Notes under the pieces: model-generated | What the model saw: the letters and a program-made list of their open reading frames with translations, nothing else | What the model was told of the DNA's origin: nothing | Database searches by the model: none | Position numbers and translations under genes: made by a program | Source of the DNA: Candidatus Multivoradales bacterium | Lineage (GTDB): Bacteria > Acidobacteriota > Thermoanaerobaculia > Multivoradales > Multivoraceae | Reading direction: 5' to 3' | Assembly (NCBI GenBank): GCA_965223325.1 | Contig: CBDCWI010000002.1 | Coordinates: 3,296,001 to 3,360,000 of the forward strand | DNA: 64,000 nt | Shown here: piece after piece, positions 57,881-64,000 of the stretch | Numbering within the stretch: the stretch's first letter is position 1 | Layout: every line of letters begins with the position of its first letter

Positions 57881-58288
57881 CTAGTGCTTCTTGCCTTCGG
57901 CCGCAGCCAGTTGTGCTTCGGCGAGGCGAATCGCTCGCTGGGCGAGCGCGATCTCTTCACCGGCTTTTTCGTCGGCTGCGGCGCGTTGAGCTTCCGCGAG
58001 GGCCTCGCGCACTTTGGCGGCGTCGATCTGTTCAGGTGACCAGGCGTCATCTGCAAGCACCGTAACGACGTCGTTCGAGACCTCACAGAAGCCGGCGGCG
58101 ACGACGAAGTGACCGTCCGTGCCGCCTTCAGTGTAGGTAACCATGCCTGGATCGAGCGTCGAAATAAGCGGGGTATGCCCGGGCAGAATCCCCAGGTAAC
58201 CCTCGCTGCCCGGCAGCGTCACCTGATCACAGGTCACTTCGAGCACCTTCTCGGCGTGGGTGACCAGCACCAGCTTCAGTTTAGGCAT
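57881..58288 (-). CDS. atpC: ATP synthase epsilon subunit
   Basis: LPGSEGYLGILPGHTPLIS; position after atpD. Confidence 0.95.
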   Translation of the reverse strand: MPKLKLVLVTHAEKVLEVTCDQVTLPGSEGYLGILPGHTPLISTLDPGMVTYTEGGTDGHFVVAAGFCEVSNDVVTVLADDAWSPEQIDAAKVREALAEAQRAAADEKAGEEIALAQRAIRLAEAQLAAAEGKKH

Positions 58289-58308
58289 TCGTTGTGGCCT
58301 CCGTTCTT

Positions 58309-59841
<1,533 letters not shown>

Positions 59842-59896
59842 CTAAGTGACCGCCAGGAACTCACGTCCTGAGGGATCTGTGGTGTTGATAGCGGAA

Positions 59897-60781
59897 TCAG
59901 TTTTCCAGGGCCGCAGCACCGGAGACGACCTCGATCAGCTCGGTCGTGATCGCCGCCTGGCGTTTGCGGTTCATGATCAGGGTCAGCTTCTCCATCAGCT
60001 CACCGGCGTTCTTCGTCGCTGCATCCATGGCCGTCATGCGAGCGGCGTGTTCGGCTGCCTGCGACTCGAGGAGCACGCGGTAGACCTGGAAGGTGACGAA
60101 GCGCGGCAGCAGTTCAGCCAGGAGAGCGGCCGAGGAGGGCTCATAGAGATAGTCGAGACCAACCGACTGCTCCTCGGCGTCGCTCTCGTCGTCCGCGGGA
60201 GGTTCGAGCGGCAGCAGCTGCTCGACCGTCGGTCGCTGCGTCATCACCGAAACGAACTGGTTGTAGACCACGTAGACGGCGTCGTATTCACCGGCTATGA
60301 AGGCTTCGGCTACATCGCTCGCGATGCCCTGCGCATCCTCGTAGGAGAGAGCCCGGAACAAGGAGCGGTACTCGGCTCGGATCGGTGCCTTACGGCGACT
60401 GTAGTGGTCTGAAGCACGCTTGCCGAGGCACAACACGTCGTAGCTCTTCTCGGCCCCATGCTCAGCGATCGCCCCATCGCTCAGGCGCAGAACGTTGGAA
60501 TTGAAGCCTCCGCACAATCCCTTGTCGCCCGACACCGAGACGATCAACACCCGTTCGACGGGACGACTCTCGAGTAGGGGATGTGCCGCTTCAGAACCGC
60601 TCGACTGCTGCGAAAGGTTGCGCGTCACCTTCTGCAGCTCGAGAGCGTACGGCCGCGCCTCTTCGATTCGCTCTTGCGCGCGACGCAAACGCGAGGCCGA
60701 AACCATCTTCATGGCGCGGGTGATCTGCTGCATGTTCTTGACCGATCGGATGCGGCGCCGAAGGTCGATAAGCGAAGGCAT
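59897..60781 (-). CDS. atpG: ATP synthase gamma subunit
   Basis: ITRAMKMVS, DKGLCGGFN, RQAAITTEL. Confidence 0.97.
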   Translation of the reverse strand: MPSLIDLRRRIRSVKNMQQITRAMKMVSASRLRRAQERIEEARPYALELQKVTRNLSQQSSGSEAAHPLLESRPVERVLIVSVSGDKGLCGGFNSNVLRLSDGAIAEHGAEKSYDVLCLGKRASDHYSRRKAPIRAEYRSLFRALSYEDAQGIASDVAEAFIAGEYDAVYVVYNQFVSVMTQRPTVEQLLPLEPPADDESDAEEQSVGLDYLYEPSSAALLAELLPRFVTFQVYRVLLESQAAEHAARMTAMDAATKNAGELMEKLTLIMNRKRQAAITTELIEVVSGAAALEN

Positions 60782-60806
60782 TGCTCGAAACTCCTGTTAG
60801 CCGCAG

Positions 60807-62345
60807 CTAGGCCTCGACCTGCGCTTCGGGGTTCTCGGCGAGGTAACGCTCGAGAACCTTGTCGAAGGCCACATCGAGCTTCTCGTGCAGTTCGTCGGAC
60901 ACCTTCTTGGTCGCCGTGATCTCATCGCGCAGCTCCTTGCCCTCTTCGCCGAAGTAGCGGTGCATCTCGGCTTCGAAGGGACTCACGTGGGCCACTTCGA
61001 GCCCATCGAGCTTGCCTTTGGCACCCGCGATGATCGACAGGACCTGATCTTCGATCGCCAAGGGCTGATACTGGCCCTGCTTGAGAATCTCGACCAGTCG
61101 TTCACCGCGCGCCAGCTGCGCCTGAGTGACTGCATCGAGGTCCGACCCGAGCTGCGCAAAGGCTGCCAGGTTGCGATACTGCGCCAGGTCGAGGCGCAGG
61201 GTTCCTGAGTTCTTTCGCATCGCTGGGCTCTGCGCGTTTCCGCCGACGCGGCTGACCGAGATACCGACGTTGACCGCCGGCCGAACGCCGGCACTGAAGA
61301 GGTCGCTCTCGAGATAGATCTGGCCGTCGGTGATCGAGATCACGTTGGTCGGAATGTAGGCCGAGACGTCGCCCGCCTGCGTCTCGATGATCGGCAGAGC
61401 AGTCAGCGACCCGCCCCCATTGGCATCGGAGAGCTTGGCGGCGCGCTCGAGGAGACGGGAATGCAGGTAGAAGACGTCACCGGGGTAGGCCTCGCGACCC
61501 GGCGGACGGCGCAGGAGCAGAGAAACCTCACGGTAAGCGGCGGCCTGCTTGGAGAGATCGTCGTAGATCACCAGAGCGTGTTGGCCGTTGTACATGAAGT
61601 ACTCGCCCATCGCCGCGCCAGCGTAGGGAGCGATGTACTGGAGCGGCGCGGGCTCCGAGGCCGAGGCCACGACGACGATGGTGTGGTCCATCGCACCGTG
61701 ATCCTGCAGCCGCTGCACCACCTGGGCGACGGTCGAGCGCTTCTGCCCGATCGCAACGTAGATACAGAAAACGCCCTCGCCCTTCTGGTTGATGATCGCA
61801 TCGACCGCCACCGCGGTCTTGCCGGTCTGGCGATCGCCGATGATCAGCTCACGCTGACCGCGACCAACAGGGATCATCGAGTCGATCGACTTGATACCAG
61901 TCTGAATGGGCTCCGAAACTGGCTGGCGATCAATGACACCGGGCGCCAGGCGCTCCATCGGGTAGTGGTCGGCGGCTTCGATCGGCCCCTTGCCGTCGAC
62001 CGGGCGACCCAGCGGATCGACGACGCGGCCAACCATGTTCGGACCTACCGGCACTTCCATGACGCGACCGGTCCGGCGCACCTCGTCACCTTCCTGAATG
62101 AGCCGCGACTCACCCATGAGAACCGCACCGACCTGGTCCTGCTCGAGGTTGAGCGCCAGACCGTACACATCGTTCGGGAAGGCGAGCATCTCGCCGGCCA
62201 TGACCTTTTCGAGACCATAGATACGGGCGATGCCGTCGCCGACGCTCAGGACCGTGCCGACTTCTGAAATGTCGACGTCCGCTTCATAGCCCGCGAGCTG
62301 TCGTTCGAGGATCGCCGCAATCTCGTCGGCTCTCACATCAACCAT
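60807..62345 (-). CDS. atpA: ATP synthase alpha subunit
   Basis: [30 protein letters not shown]. Confidence 0.98.
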   Translation of the reverse strand: MVDVRADEIAAILERQLAGYEADVDISEVGTVLSVGDGIARIYGLEKVMAGEMLAFPNDVYGLALNLEQDQVGAVLMGESRLIQEGDEVRRTGRVMEVPVGPNMVGRVVDPLGRPVDGKGPIEAADHYPMERLAPGVIDRQPVSEPIQTGIKSIDSMIPVGRGQRELIIGDRQTGKTAVAVDAIINQKGEGVFCIYVAIGQKRSTVAQVVQRLQDHGAMDHTIVVVASASEPAPLQYIAPYAGAAMGEYFMYNGQHALVIYDDLSKQAAAYREVSLLLRRPPGREAYPGDVFYLHSRLLERAAKLSDANGGGSLTALPIIETQAGDVSAYIPTNVISITDGQIYLESDLFSAGVRPAVNVGISVSRVGGNAQSPAMRKNSGTLRLDLAQYRNLAAFAQLGSDLDAVTQAQLARGERLVEILKQGQYQPLAIEDQVLSIIAGAKGKLDGLEVAHVSPFEAEMHRYFGEEGKELRDEITATKKVSDELHEKLDVAFDKVLERYLAENPEAQVEA

Positions 62346-62516
62346 CGTTCCACTCCGTGATCATGCTGCAGCTCTTCTTCGAGAAGACTGCTTTCGAGGG
62401 CGCGTTGGTCGCCATCACGAAAACCGTCTTCCCCGTCTTGGAGTGCTGCGTATCGTTACCTTGAGGGTGTTCTTCTCTTCAAATCGTAGGAGGTTCCAAA
62501 AGAACCTGGAGGACCT

Positions 62517-63053
62517 TCAATCCCCCTCTGCCATGCTGGTTTCGAGGCGATCCAACTGACCGCGCAAACTGACGTCATAGCGGTCGGACCCGACCTGGAC
62601 CACGAAACCACCGAGTAGATCTTCGTCGACCTCGACCGCAAGCCGAACCCTGCGGTCGAGCTTTCGTGACAGCACGTCGGCCAAGCGACTCTTCTGCGAC
62701 TCGCTCAAAGCGTGCGCGCTGGTGACCAGCGTTCTGACGACCCCGGCCTCGCGGTCGAGCAGGTCGTCGACGACGGTCAGAATGTCGGAGAGGTGAGTCA
62801 AGCGATAGTTCGACAGCAAAAGGTCGACGAAACTCTTCGCCTGCTCACCGAGACCGAGTTGCTGAGCCACGTCGGCGGTGACCTTCTTCTTCGTGTGCAT
62901 CGGAATACCCGGGTTGCCGACCATGCGGGCCAGCGCCGGAACCTTGGTCATCGCCTCTTCGAAGCTGGCCAGCTCAGCACGCACCACCTGCGTTTCACCG
63001 CCGGGGGTCGTGCGCAAGAGGGCCTGAGCGTAGGGTCTGGCGAAGGCACTCAT
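62517..63053 (-). CDS. atpH: ATP synthase delta subunit
   Basis: ARPYAQAL, VDEDLLGG..VG...D.SLRGQL. Confidence 0.93.
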   Translation of the reverse strand: MSAFARPYAQALLRTTPGGETQVVRAELASFEEAMTKVPALARMVGNPGIPMHTKKKVTADVAQQLGLGEQAKSFVDLLLSNYRLTHLSDILTVVDDLLDREAGVVRTLVTSAHALSESQKSRLADVLSRKLDRRVRLAVEVDEDLLGGFVVQVGSDRYDVSLRGQLDRLETSMAEGD

Positions 63054-63649
63054 TGAATGGCCTCCTTCTCGAGCCGCGCCAGCGCCTCATCGAACAAGCG
63101 ATCCCGCTGTGGGCCGTCGAGCTCTCTTTGCAGGTGCTCGGCCGCGAGAGTCGCCGCCAGTGAGGCGGCCTTGCGCTGGAGCTTCTCGCGCGCCGCCGCG
63201 ACGCTGCTTTCGATCTCATCTCGGGTCTGGGCAAGCAAGCGCTCTTTCTGCTTCTCGGTGTCCGCCAGGATTTCGTCTCGCTCCTGTTCGGCGGCCCGGC
63301 GACTGTGGTCGAGCATGTCGTCAACCTCTTGGCGCAGCGCGTCGATGCGGCTCTCGAGGGTCGACTGCATCTCAGCCGCTTCGCGACGCTGTTCACGCAC
63401 CAGCGCGAAGTCTTCCGTGATTCGCTGTCCGCGGCGCTCGAGCGCGCGGCGCACAGGAGGACCGGCGAAGTAGAACAGCCCGCCCCAGAACACGACGAGA
63501 TTGAGGGTCAGCCAGATCCAGGTCGGCAAGCCGAGAAAGTGTGACCGCGTCGGTATCCCTTCCGCAGCGAATACGGGTGTCACCACGAAGAGCGAGAGCC
63601 CGGTAAGAAACGCTGCGCGAACCGCAGAATCGAGACGCAATCGCTTCAT
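63050..63649 (-). CDS. atpF: ATP synthase b subunit
   Basis: N-terminal extension, TM, coiled coil; ATGA overlaps with neighbours. Confidence 0.85.
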   Translation of the reverse strand: MKRLRLDSAVRAAFLTGLSLFVVTPVFAAEGIPTRSHFLGLPTWIWLTLNLVVFWGGLFYFAGPPVRRALERRGQRITEDFALVREQRREAAEMQSTLESRIDALRQEVDDMLDHSRRAAEQERDEILADTEKQKERLLAQTRDEIESSVAAAREKLQRKAASLAATLAAEHLQRELDGPQRDRLFDEALARLEKEAIQ

Positions 63650-64000
63650 GCGCGCTCCCCCAGCAGGCGACGCGAAGCCGCCTGGCCAATCTCGTGGGCG
63701 CGGGCGTCGAGGGCCGTTGTCTCACGGTCGATGGTTGCGCCGAGTTCCGAGCGCGCCTTGCTCAGCAGGCGGTCTGACTCGGCCTTGGCCTCGCCGAGAA
63801 CCGTCGAGCGGTGCTCGAGTGCGGCACCCCGAATCTCTTCGCGTTTGGAACGCGCTTCGAGACGGGCGTCTGCCAGGCGCACTCGTTCTTCCTGAATTCG
63901 GGCCTCGACTTCGGCCGTGGTGCCTTCCCAGGCACTGCGCGCGTCATCGATGTCGCGGCGGCGCTCCTCGAGCACCCTCATGACCGGAATCACGAAGAAG
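63646..64000 (-). CDS. ATP synthase b' subunit (partial; start beyond window)
   Basis: F..PVMRVLEERR..I coiled-coil, upstream of atpF. Confidence 0.8.
   Translation of the reverse strand, partial: FFVIPVMRVLEERRRDIDDARSAWEGTTAEVEARIQEERVRLADARLEARSKREEIRGAALEHRSTVLGEAKAESDRLLSKARSELGATIDRETTALDARAHEIGQAASRRLLGERA

Noticed and set aside
62346-62516. 170-bp gap between atpH and atpA as an element or small gene
   Set aside because: No terminal repeats or credible ORF; only a short hairpin

Overview
A high-GC bacterial chromosomal segment. Gene content (acidobacterial-type hypothetical at 3738, a C-terminal DGFESGD..W motif, MglAB, PilY1) suggests Acidobacteriota, probably Thermoanaerobaculia; this taxonomy is inference. 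It carries housekeeping genes (ftsE partial, gatB, pgeF, rlmN, tatA, cpoB, bamD, rpe, rseP, cdsA, truA, uvrD/pcrA, glmU-like, def, hutF, atpF'FHAGDC), four tRNAs (Pro-Arg-His-Arg), mglBA, an ECF sigma-pilX-pilY1 unit and a 159-bp MITE in the atpC stop codon. The most notable signal is seven sigma-54 (-24/-12) promoter motifs, each correctly oriented before otherwise scattered envelope/exopolysaccharide genes: a GDP-mannose 3,5-epimerase-like/TagA pair, a lectin/beta-helix/5xPKD surface protein, a sulfotransferase + kinase, Wzz-Wzy, a GT4, an ExeA ATPase + degenerate Wzc kinase, and a lytic transglycosylase. Together they suggest a dispersed sigma-54 regulon for a sulfated extracellular matrix. 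No CRISPR array, rRNA or transposase was seen. All calls come from motif recognition by eye; no database searches were run.
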